A stretch of DNA of 38,534 nucleotides from Thermoflexus hugenholtzii JAD2. Lineage in GTDB: Bacteria > Chloroflexota > Dehalococcoidia > SHYB01. The position numbers and the translations under genes were made by a program. The notes beneath the pieces were generated by a model, which had not been told where the DNA came from, ran no database searches, and was given only the letters and a program-made list of their open reading frames with translations. Below, piece by piece: positions 25,479 through 33,505 of this stretch (positions are counted from its first letter, which is position 1; each line of letters begins with the position of its first letter). Where the stretch lies: NCBI GenBank assembly GCA_945861815.1, contig CAMAVV010000001.1:1-38534 (forward strand), given 5' to 3'.

Positions 25479-25514
25479 GGGAAGATGTGGCGTATGGTTT
25501 ATCTGCAAGGCGGC

Positions 25515-26825
25515 CTAGCTTTGCGGCGTCGTCCCGACGAGCTTTCGCCGGAGGAGGCCTGCGTATGTGCTTTCGAGCGCGCCCAGGAGATTTTTATAAA
25601 CCCAGTCGTTGTCTTCCCCTAGCTCGCATGGCGCGCGCACGATGCGTGTGACGGGAGGAGTGGATTTCCAAAAAGTTCCGGGATAGAGGTGGCTCCCGGT
25701 CTCTCGATGGCGGAGCGGCAGAAAGAAGCCGCGCTCCGCGATGTGTGGACTCTCCACAACGTCGCGCTCGTTCATGAGAACGCCTGCGGGGACGCCACAC
25801 CCTTGCAGGAGAGACATCAGCGCATGCGCGTCGTGTGATCTCGTCCAGTCTGCCAGGTGTTCGTCGATCGTTTGCCTGTTCCGCAGCCTGCCGAAGGCGC
25901 TTTGAAGAGCCTGCGCGCGCGTCCACGCAGGATGTCCAATCGCCTCGCAGAGATTGCGCCAGTCCCCATCATTGCGGACGGCGATGAAGAGCCAACGGTC
26001 ATCTCCTTTGCATGGGTAACAGCCGTGGGGCGCCATCGCAGAGTGTGCGTTGCCAAGAGGCGTCTGCGCTCTATTGTTCATCGCTGCATCGAGAAGGGCC
26101 GGGGCGAGGAGGCTAACGACGGCATCGCTCAGCGAGATGTCTATCAACTGCCCTTTGCCATCCTGCGCCCGCTGCACCAGCGCTGAGATCGCGCCCAGCG
26201 CCGCGCTCATGGAGCCTGCGGCATCGGCGAAGGCGACGTTGTCCTTGAACAGCAAGTCGACTTCAGAATGTCCGCGCAATGCGGTGAAACCTGCGTGAGC
26301 CTCGGCCTCGGCCCCAAGCCCGCGCGCCTGTTTCGCCTTGCCCGTGTGTCCGAAGGCGGCGATGCGCACCATGATGAGGTCGGGCTTCACACGGCGAAGG
26401 CGTTCATAGGTGAGGCCCAGCGCGTCGAGGGAATCGGGCGCAAGATTGACGACGAGCATATCGCAGGTGAGGAGGAGATCTTCAAAGGCCGACATTCCCT
26501 CTGGTTCTGTGAGCTCAAGGGTCACACTGCGCTTATCTTTGCCGTGGACTTGAAAGACGACGCATCTGTTCCAGGGGCGTTCGCCCGCCTCCCAGTTCGG
26601 GTAGGCGAAGTAGAACTCTCCTCCGGCGCGCAGGCTGTTGACCATTGCGGCGTTCGGCGCGAGAACAGGCCCTCGCCCGCCGAGCAAGTTCCGCGTGGAC
26701 TCCACGCGTATGACTTCAGCGCCCCAGTCGGCCAGAAGGGAGCTGGTGAACGGCCCCGCCCAAACTGTCGTCAGTTCGACAACGCGGACGTTTCGCAGAG
26801 GCAGCGCAAATGTCGCGGGTGGCAT
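25515..26825 (-). CDS. Family III CoA-transferase P5, type A
   Basis: VRVVELTTVWAGPFTSSLLADWGAEVIRVES plus an insertion. Clear paralogue of P1. Asp in FADAAGS. Confidence 0.9.
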   Translation of the reverse strand: MPPATFALPLRNVRVVELTTVWAGPFTSSLLADWGAEVIRVESTRNLLGGRGPVLAPNAAMVNSLRAGGEFYFAYPNWEAGERPWNRCVVFQVHGKDKRSVTLELTEPEGMSAFEDLLLTCDMLVVNLAPDSLDALGLTYERLRRVKPDLIMVRIAAFGHTGKAKQARGLGAEAEAHAGFTALRGHSEVDLLFKDNVAFADAAGSMSAALGAISALVQRAQDGKGQLIDISLSDAVVSLLAPALLDAAMNNRAQTPLGNAHSAMAPHGCYPCKGDDRWLFIAVRNDGDWRNLCEAIGHPAWTRAQALQSAFGRLRNRQTIDEHLADWTRSHDAHALMSLLQGCGVPAGVLMNERDVVESPHIAERGFFLPLRHRETGSHLYPGTFWKSTPPVTRIVRAPCELGEDNDWVYKNLLGALESTYAGLLRRKLVGTTPQS

Positions 26826-26828
26826 GAG

Positions 26829-27998
26829 TTACATCACCCCCGCCCGACGCAGCAGCATCTGCTCGCCAGGTGTGATGCCCAAGAGGCCGCCATACACAAG
26901 ACGATTGTGTTCACCCAGGCGCGGCCCGCGCGCGTGCGACCAATATCCAGGCCGGGCTTCGAAGGGAGGCAGTTCCAGCGTGACGCTTTTGTCTTGCGAC
27001 CTTCGTGCCGCGGCGATGTCCATCGGTGTGCGTACCGGCGCAAGAGGCACTTTGTGGCGTAGCGCCGCCTCCCACACCTCATCGCGCGTGTGCTCGCCAA
27101 GCCATTGCCACAAGACCTCCTCGATACGCGAGCGCCCCTCTTCGGTTCGTGCCTCGGCGATCGTCGGCAACTGCTTGCCTGACTCTTCGCCAAGCATCGC
27201 AAGCAGTCGCGGCAGACGCGGCCCGCCTGCGTGGATGCTGATGTAGCCGTCCTTGCACCGTCGGATGCCGTGGCCGACGCGCAGCTCTCCCACCTGGCGG
27301 CGCTTCATCATCAGTTCCCCTGTGTATTGATAGGCGAGGAGCGCCGCAGCGCGACGGTCTGCGCTGGCAAGGTAGCTCTCCATCACCGACATATCGAGGT
27401 GGACGGGCGCATGTGTCCCGGTGAAGAGCACGCCGTAGAGCGGAGCCGCAATCGCAACCGCTACTGCCGAACCGGCGTAGAACTCCATGACGTGCTCCGG
27501 ATACTTATACGGCTCTCTATCCGATGTGCCGTTGCCGATCATCGTGCCGCCCATCGCCTCCAGCACGCCCTCCGTTGCGGCAAATGAGCTGTACGGCCCG
27601 GTGTGGCCGAACGGGGTGATGGAGGCGAGGATAACGGAGGGATTCATGGCGGCGAGGTGATCAAAGCCAAGGCCAAGCGTTGTGAGATGGCCCGGGGGAA
27701 AGTCTTCGACGACGATGTGTGCCCACTGTGCCAAGGCCGCGATGAGCGAACGGCCCGTTGCGCTGTTCAGTTCTGTCGTGACGCTCCTCTTGCCGGCGTT
27801 GAGATAGTGGAAGAGGCCGCTTGCTTCGCTGTGCGGCGTGTCATTTGGGAACGGGCCCATCGCTCTGGAAGGATCGCCGCTGTGCGGCTGCTCTACCTTG
27901 ATGACGTTCGCGCCAAGGCTCGCGAGCAGCTTGGTAGCATAGGGGCCCGTGACGCCCCGGGTGAGATCGAGGATGCGTGCTGCGGCGAAGGGTTGCAT
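26829..27998 (-). CDS. Family III CoA-transferase P6, type B (Glu at the catalytic Asp position)
   Basis: ARILDLTRGVTGPYATKLLASLGANVIKVEQPHSGD, GPFPNDTPHSEAS, SDREP. Confidence 0.9.
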   Translation of the reverse strand: MQPFAAARILDLTRGVTGPYATKLLASLGANVIKVEQPHSGDPSRAMGPFPNDTPHSEASGLFHYLNAGKRSVTTELNSATGRSLIAALAQWAHIVVEDFPPGHLTTLGLGFDHLAAMNPSVILASITPFGHTGPYSSFAATEGVLEAMGGTMIGNGTSDREPYKYPEHVMEFYAGSAVAVAIAAPLYGVLFTGTHAPVHLDMSVMESYLASADRRAAALLAYQYTGELMMKRRQVGELRVGHGIRRCKDGYISIHAGGPRLPRLLAMLGEESGKQLPTIAEARTEEGRSRIEEVLWQWLGEHTRDEVWEAALRHKVPLAPVRTPMDIAAARRSQDKSVTLELPPFEARPGYWSHARGPRLGEHNRLVYGGLLGITPGEQMLLRRAGVM

Positions 27999-28030
27999 TG
28001 TGCCCTGTCAGGGCGCGGCCTTCCCCAACG

Positions 28031-29209
28031 CTAGGTGTTGGTGTACGGGTTGACGTATTCCCGTCCGAGGATCTCCCGCGCCAGCACCATTGTATGCATC
28101 TCGTCAGTCCCGCCGACGATGCGGGCCGTGCGCACCCACCGGTAGAAGCGCGCGATGGGCAGTTCAAGGGTCAGGCCGATGCCTCCCATGATCTGCATCG
28201 CGTGGTCGAGGCAATGGTGGCCCCACTGCGCCGCGACAAGCTTGATGAGCGAGGCATCTTCGCGAAGGTCTTTCCCGTTGTCGGCATCGCGTGCTGCCTG
28301 GTAGGAGAGGGCGCGAAGGGCAAGGATATCGATGTGCATCTCCACAATCTTGGACTGGATCGCCTGGCGCGTGGCGATAGGCTTGCCGAAGCTGTGCCGC
28401 CGCTTCGCCCAGTCGACGCAGATATCGAAGGCGCGCTGCATCTGCCCGAGGGACGTGCCGCCCCGGATGAGGCGGTAGTCGGTGAGCCACTTTTGGCCGA
28501 GCTGGAAGCCGCGCCCGATGTCGCCGAGGATATTTTTCTCCGGGACCTCGACGTTTTCCAGGAACAGTTCATAGGTGGCGCGCTTCGGGGTGCGGCGGTA
28601 CTGCCACGTGGGGATCTCTCTGTAGCTGATCCCGGGCGTGCCCTTTTCCACCAGGAACATCGTGATGCCGTGCTGGCGCTTCTCCGGGTCTGTGACGGCG
28701 GGAAGCTGCCAAAAATCGCAGGCACCTGAGTAGCTGGTGAACATCTTGCGCCCGTTGATGACCCATGTGTCGCCGCGCTTCACCGCCCGCGTCTTCATCG
28801 AATTGCCCGGGTCGGAGCCGGAGTCCGGCTCCGTCTGCGCGAAAGCGCTCAGCTTTTCGCCGCGCAGCACGGGGTAGAGGAAGCGCTCTTGCTGATAGGC
28901 GTTTGCTTCGAACAGGCTTGGGATGATTTCCGCCTGAGGCAGAATAACCGCCGAGTAGTAGAGCTGTTCGCGAACAACCAAGTTTGTCAGGTAGCCTGTG
29001 CCGCCGCCGCCAAACTCTTTCGGGATGTGCGCATCCCACAGGCCGCACTTCTTTGCCACCTCCGTCAAGTGCGCCTCGTCCTCCGGAAAGTACTCTTCGT
29101 ACATGTCCAGCGGGAGGTATTTGGACTCGAGGGGCATGCACTCTTTCTGCACAACCTCCCGGGTGAGAGTCTGCAGCGCTTTCACGTCTTGCGGCAATTC
29201 GAATTCCAC
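28031..29209 (-). CDS. Acyl-CoA dehydrogenase (ACAD2)
   Basis: QTEPDSGSD, WVINGRKMFTS, intact C-terminus RIVGGTDEMHTMVLAREILG. GTG start after AGGAG. Confidence 0.9.
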   Translation of the reverse strand: MEFELPQDVKALQTLTREVVQKECMPLESKYLPLDMYEEYFPEDEAHLTEVAKKCGLWDAHIPKEFGGGGTGYLTNLVVREQLYYSAVILPQAEIIPSLFEANAYQQERFLYPVLRGEKLSAFAQTEPDSGSDPGNSMKTRAVKRGDTWVINGRKMFTSYSGACDFWQLPAVTDPEKRQHGITMFLVEKGTPGISYREIPTWQYRRTPKRATYELFLENVEVPEKNILGDIGRGFQLGQKWLTDYRLIRGGTSLGQMQRAFDICVDWAKRRHSFGKPIATRQAIQSKIVEMHIDILALRALSYQAARDADNGKDLREDASLIKLVAAQWGHHCLDHAMQIMGGIGLTLELPIARFYRWVRTARIVGGTDEMHTMVLAREILGREYVNPYTNT

Positions 29210-29310
29210 GGGAGTCTCCTAGGAGCAGGCTTCCGGTAGTGCGCCGGCTTTTATGTGATTGGTGCGAGAGGCGGGAGGCCGTCAGGACGAACGCATGTGG
29301 CAGAGATGCG

Positions 29311-30108
29311 TCACTCCCCTTTGAATCGCGGCTCCCGCTTTTCCAAGAACGAGCGGATCCCTTCGAGGCGATCGTCGCTCTGGAGGGCGATGCGCATGGT
29401 CAGCGATTCGTATTGGGTGAACGAGTCGAGGTCCTGGCGCAAGCCCATGTAGATGGCGCGCTTTGCCATGGCGAGGGCGATCGGCGGCCCCTTCGCCAGC
29501 TTCAACGCGACCTCGTGCGTCTTCGCCTGCAACTCGCTGTGCGGCACGAGGATATTGATAAGCCCAGCCTCTTTCGCCTCCTGCGCGTCGAATATCTTCC
29601 CGAGGAAAACCATCTCGAAGACCTTCGGCAGGGGCATGATCTGCGGCAGAAGGTAGCCGCCTTGCGCCTCCGGCGGCAGGCCGCGCGTGACCCACACCGC
29701 GCCGAATCGCGCCTTGTCCGAGGCGATGCGCAGTTCCGCCGCTGCCGCCAGCGATAGTCCCCAGCCGACGGCGGGGCCGTTGACTGCGGCGATGACGGGC
29801 TGAGGGATCTTTCGGATCGCGAAGACGAAGTTGTCTTCCGGCGTGCGCGGCATGTAGCGCTTGCGCAGCCCAGGAACCTCTTGGGGCGTGCCCTTCATAT
29901 CCTGGCCTGAGGAAAAGCCGCGCCCTGCGCCCGTGATGACAAGCACCCGCGCGTCCAGGTCTTCGCCGACTTCCAAGATCGCCTTCGGGACCTCGGCAAC
30001 CATCTTGTGGCTGGCGGAGTTAAGCGATTCGGGCCGGTTGAGAGTGAGCGTCACGATGCCGTGCTCGTCACGGTCGAGCAGCAGTGTCTCATAGGTGGAA
30101 TATGCCAT
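29311..30108 (-). CDS. Crotonase-fold protein ECH2
   Basis: Start ATG 30108 (MAYSTYETLLLDRDEHGIVTLTLNRPESLNS). GFSSGQD, PVIAAVNGPAVGWG. The longer ORF overlaps the SBP gene. Confidence 0.85.
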   Translation of the reverse strand: MAYSTYETLLLDRDEHGIVTLTLNRPESLNSASHKMVAEVPKAILEVGEDLDARVLVITGAGRGFSSGQDMKGTPQEVPGLRKRYMPRTPEDNFVFAIRKIPQPVIAAVNGPAVGWGLSLAAAAELRIASDKARFGAVWVTRGLPPEAQGGYLLPQIMPLPKVFEMVFLGKIFDAQEAKEAGLINILVPHSELQAKTHEVALKLAKGPPIALAMAKRAIYMGLRQDLDSFTQYESLTMRIALQSDDRLEGIRSFLEKREPRFKGE

Positions 30109-30149
30109 ATGGGCCTTTCGTGCGAAGTCGTGTGTCGGTGCTGTCTTCC

Positions 30150-31919
30150 CTAACGCTCCAGGTAGACTTGCTCCCAGCGGTACCACGGCGAGAACAAGAA
30201 CGGCAGCGAGGGATAGTTCTTCACCCAGGGCATGTGGCCCATGTACCCGAAGCGATAGAACTCGGGGATGACGAAGTTGTCCTGCAGGATGATTTCTTGG
30301 AACTCTGCCAAGAGTTGCTTGCGCCGGGGGATATCAAGGGTTCGGTCTTGCTCCGCGTACAGCGCGTCGAGGCGCGGGTTCGACCACTTGCCGTAGTTCT
30401 GCCCGCCGCCTGTCAGCACCCAGAGCGACGGATAGTCCGAGGGGTCATCGAAGCTGATGGCCTGGGCGCGCGCGGCAAAGTCGAACTCGCCCCGAAGCAG
30501 CTTCGGCACTAGGTTTGCGCGATCCACAAGGTCGAGCTTTGTCTTGAATCCCATCGCCGCAAAGCTGCGCTCGACGATTTCTCCATAGAGGCCGTCGCCG
30601 CCCTGCGCCGCGAGGATGCTCACCGTGACCTCCTCTGGCTTCACGCCCGCCTGCGTCAGCAATTGCCGCGCTCGTGCGCGATCTGCCGTCTTATCGGAGG
30701 AGAAGCCGGGGCGGGAGAGCATGTCCCGTGAGGAGAGGCCCCACTGGCCGCCGAGCTCAGGCGGCATCAGCGGCGCGGCGGCCATGTCGCCCAGACCCTT
30801 GAGCCAGCCGTCGATGATTTCCTGGCGGTTGAGGAAAAGCGAGACTGCCTGACGGACAGCCGGATTCGTCCAGGGCGCCTTTTGCGCGGGATGCAAGAAG
30901 TAGAGGCCGATGTTCACTTTTTTGGTGACGAAGCGGTGTTCGCGCTGCAAGTCCTGGTACGAGATCTCGATCGCGCTCGTGTCGAAGTTGGATGCGTCGA
31001 GACGCCCCGCGCGAAAGGCGGCGACTGCCAGTGTCGTATCGGCGATGACGTTGAAGAGGATGCTATCGGCGTAGGGCAGGGCCGCGACGTGATAAGCGTC
31101 GTTCCGTGTGAACTCCATCGTCGTCGCCGTCGAGCCTTTGTAGCGATAGGGCCCCGTGCCTATGGGAGCCTTCTTCCAGGCGTCCAATTGCTCTGGGAAG
31201 GGCTGCGATGAGGGATACATGAGGACGCCGGCCATGCCGATGCCCTGTAAGAAAGCGTTGCTCGGCGCAGCGAGCCTGACCCGAACCGTGAGGTCGTCCG
31301 GGGTTTCGATGGACTGGATCGAGCTGACGCGCGCCTGGTAATAGGTCATCGTGGGCGCGCGCGGCTTCCATGCGCGCGTGAGGTTGTAGGCAACGTCCTT
31401 CGATGTGAACGCCGTGCCGTCGTGGAACTTTACGCCCGGTCGGAGCTGAAAGGTGATCGTGTCGCCTGTGCTTGCAACCTGCCAGCTCTGCGCCAGGTCG
31501 CCAGTGAGGCTGAAGCCATTGCCATAGGGATCGGGCCAGATGAGATTGTTCAACATCGGGCCGAGGTTATGGAAGTCCACTTGGCCGACGGTGTCGTATG
31601 TGTCCCAGGAGCGTGGAAGGTTCAGCACGCGAAGGTTCAATGTGCCCCCGCGCTTGCCATCCAAACGTCTGGGGATTTGCGGATTCGGTGTTGCAGTGGG
31701 CGCTGGAGTCGCCGTCGGCGCGAGTGTGGGCGTTGCCGTTGGCGCAGCCGCTGGCGCGGAGGTTGCAGCGGCAGTCGGGGCCTGCGTGGGCGCAGCCGTT
31801 GGCGGTCGGGACGTTGGAGTTGCCGTAGGTGGATCGTCGCCGCCGCAGGCAGTGACGACGAGAAGCAGTACAAGGAGAACTGTAGCGGCGCCGAAGGAGT
31901 TTCGCAGCAAGCGGCTCAT
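30150..31919 (-). CDS. ABC transporter substrate-binding lipoprotein, family 5 (peptide/nickel/opine type)
   Basis: Start ATG 31919 after GGAGGG. Signal peptide with lipobox VVTAC (Cys codon 31845-31847). A 52-residue Pro/Thr/Ala linker (31677-31832). Then an SBP_bac_5-like body of about 500 aa. Confidence 0.85.
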   Translation of the reverse strand: MSRLLRNSFGAATVLLVLLLVVTACGGDDPPTATPTSRPPTAAPTQAPTAAATSAPAAAPTATPTLAPTATPAPTATPNPQIPRRLDGKRGGTLNLRVLNLPRSWDTYDTVGQVDFHNLGPMLNNLIWPDPYGNGFSLTGDLAQSWQVASTGDTITFQLRPGVKFHDGTAFTSKDVAYNLTRAWKPRAPTMTYYQARVSSIQSIETPDDLTVRVRLAAPSNAFLQGIGMAGVLMYPSSQPFPEQLDAWKKAPIGTGPYRYKGSTATTMEFTRNDAYHVAALPYADSILFNVIADTTLAVAAFRAGRLDASNFDTSAIEISYQDLQREHRFVTKKVNIGLYFLHPAQKAPWTNPAVRQAVSLFLNRQEIIDGWLKGLGDMAAAPLMPPELGGQWGLSSRDMLSRPGFSSDKTADRARARQLLTQAGVKPEEVTVSILAAQGGDGLYGEIVERSFAAMGFKTKLDLVDRANLVPKLLRGEFDFAARAQAISFDDPSDYPSLWVLTGGGQNYGKWSNPRLDALYAEQDRTLDIPRRKQLLAEFQEIILQDNFVIPEFYRFGYMGHMPWVKNYPSLPFLFSPWYRWEQVYLER

Positions 31920-31959
31920 AAGTCCCTCCATCATGAACGAGCGTTCATTTGTGGCGATA

Positions 31960-31988
31960 GTTATACCGTTCCCTACTAGGCATGTCAA
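31960..31988 (-). promoter_or_regulatory. Near-consensus sigma70 promoter for the SBP/CoA-transferase array
   Basis: Minus strand: TTGACA (31983-31988), 17 nt, TATAAC (31960-31965), about 40 nt upstream of ATG 31919. Confidence 0.7.
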
Positions 31989-32036
31989 TCCGGTCTACTG
32001 GCCTTGGTTGATGATTGAGCGAAGGGTTGCTATCTT

Positions 32037-32052
32037 TTGGTAAGCAGACCAA
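32037..32052. promoter_or_regulatory. Inverted repeat TTGGT-N6-ACCAA (candidate TetR operator)
   Basis: Seen in the low-G+C divergent intergenic region between the SBP and TetR genes. The arms are short, so this could be chance. Confidence 0.25.
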
Positions 32053-32069
32053 GATTAGGAGGAATGTCT

Positions 32070-32084
32070 GGATATTCCCTATCC
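32070..32084. promoter_or_regulatory. Inverted repeat GGATA-N5-TATCC (candidate TetR operator)
   Basis: A 15-bp palindromic unit about 50 nt upstream of the TetR TTG start, next to TATATACT -10-like sequence. Confidence 0.3.
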
Positions 32085-32134
32085 TATATACTGCGATTAG
32101 TATCGTGTAACCACATGCTGATGGATGTGAGACA

Positions 32135-32752
32135 TTGGCGATAAAGAGCAAACTGGCCCCTGTGAACGGTCATTCACTCACTGGCCGCCGGCAAGAGATT
32201 ATCGAAAAGGCAGCGCGGCAGTTCCGAGAGAGAAGCTATGCGGCTACGAGCATGGCCGATATCGCCTCTCTCGTCGGCATGAACAAGAGCGGGCTCTACA
32301 ACCACATCGCTCGCAAACAGGAAATTCTGGAGCACGTCGCCGATGTCGCGATCGCCTACCTCAAGAAGACGACGGAGGAGATGGAGCAGATCAGCGCGAA
32401 CGAGCCCGAAGCGTTGATCGCCTTTGCCGTCCAGCGGCGTGTCGAGTTTGCCTGCGAGCACGCAGATGTCGTGGCAGTCCTCACGAAAGACAGGCATCAC
32501 CTCGAGCCGCTCCGCCTCCGCGCCGTCACGACGCTCCATCAAAAATATCGCAGGCTGATCCGCGACGCGGTCGTTGTGGGCATAGCGAAGAAGATCTTCG
32601 CAACGACGAACGCCAGTCTTGCGACACATTCCGTCATGGGGATGACGAACTGGGTCTACGAGTGGTACGACCCATCCGGGGCGCTTTCGCCCCGAGAGCT
32701 GGGCGAATCCCTGGCGCGCCTCTTCATGGATGGGCTGCGCGCGCGACGCTAG
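32135..32752 (+). CDS. TetR/AcrR-family transcriptional regulator
   Basis: N-terminal HTH IIEKAARQFRERSYAATSMADIASLVGMNKSGLYNHI. TTG start. Divergent from the SBP/CoA-transferase array. Confidence 0.85.
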   Translation: MAIKSKLAPVNGHSLTGRRQEIIEKAARQFRERSYAATSMADIASLVGMNKSGLYNHIARKQEILEHVADVAIAYLKKTTEEMEQISANEPEALIAFAVQRRVEFACEHADVVAVLTKDRHHLEPLRLRAVTTLHQKYRRLIRDAVVVGIAKKIFATTNASLATHSVMGMTNWVYEWYDPSGALSPRELGESLARLFMDGLRARR

Positions 32753-33441
32753 AACAGCCGGTTTCCTAGCCCCTTCAGCAGCGCCGTCGCCGTTTGGTGC
32801 GCAAGCCGCGTCGGTTCAGGCAGGCGATACTGCGTCGCACACGCCGTCACCCACGCGATTGCCGTCGGCAGATCGATGTGATGGCCCGGTGAGACGTAGA
32901 CTGGCGTTACCCCATCGCGTGTGCGCACCGCCGCGCCGATCGTCTCGCCCTTGTCCGTAAGCGCCGCCATTGCGCCCTTCTTTTCGCCGAGCTTCCCATA
33001 GCGCCCGGTGAGGATCGACTTTCCGCAGCCGATGGCCGGAACGTCCAACAGCAGACCTAGGTGACAGGCGATGCCGAACCTTCGCGGATGCGCTATCCCC
33101 TGGCCGTCAACCATCAGCAGGTCCGGCGCGTGCGTCAGTTTTTCGAATGCTTTCAATAGGAGAGGCGTCTCGCGAAATGAAAGAAGCCCTGGCACATACG
33201 GAAACGCGGGTGTCTCTTGCACGCTCGCCACTTCGACGACGGTGAGCGCGGGATAGGTCAGCACCACAACAACTGCGCGAACCTTTCCCTCGGCATCGAC
33301 CCCTGATACGTCTGTCCCTGCGATGCGGCGCACGCGCTCCGGCAGGCGGTTCTTTCGCACAACCTTTGATGCAAGCTCACGCTGAAGAGCGATCGCCTCC
33401 GTGGGCGTGAGCGCCCACGAATGAATCTGGCGCGCAATCAT
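32749..33441 (-). CDS. nfi: Endonuclease V (deoxyinosine 3' endonuclease)
   Basis: IAGTDVS, LSFRE, DGQGIAHPRRFGIACHLGLLLDVPAIGCGKS, VSPGH. Its stop overlaps the TetR stop in a CTAG tetranucleotide. Confidence 0.85.
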   Translation of the reverse strand: MIARQIHSWALTPTEAIALQRELASKVVRKNRLPERVRRIAGTDVSGVDAEGKVRAVVVVLTYPALTVVEVASVQETPAFPYVPGLLSFRETPLLLKAFEKLTHAPDLLMVDGQGIAHPRRFGIACHLGLLLDVPAIGCGKSILTGRYGKLGEKKGAMAALTDKGETIGAAVRTRDGVTPVYVSPGHHIDLPTAIAWVTACATQYRLPEPTRLAHQTATALLKGLGNRLF

Positions 33442-33505
33442 GCGGGAAGGATAGCACGGCTGACGCGGCCTGGGCTAAATGCGGACAAAGGACAAGAGAG
33501 CAGTC

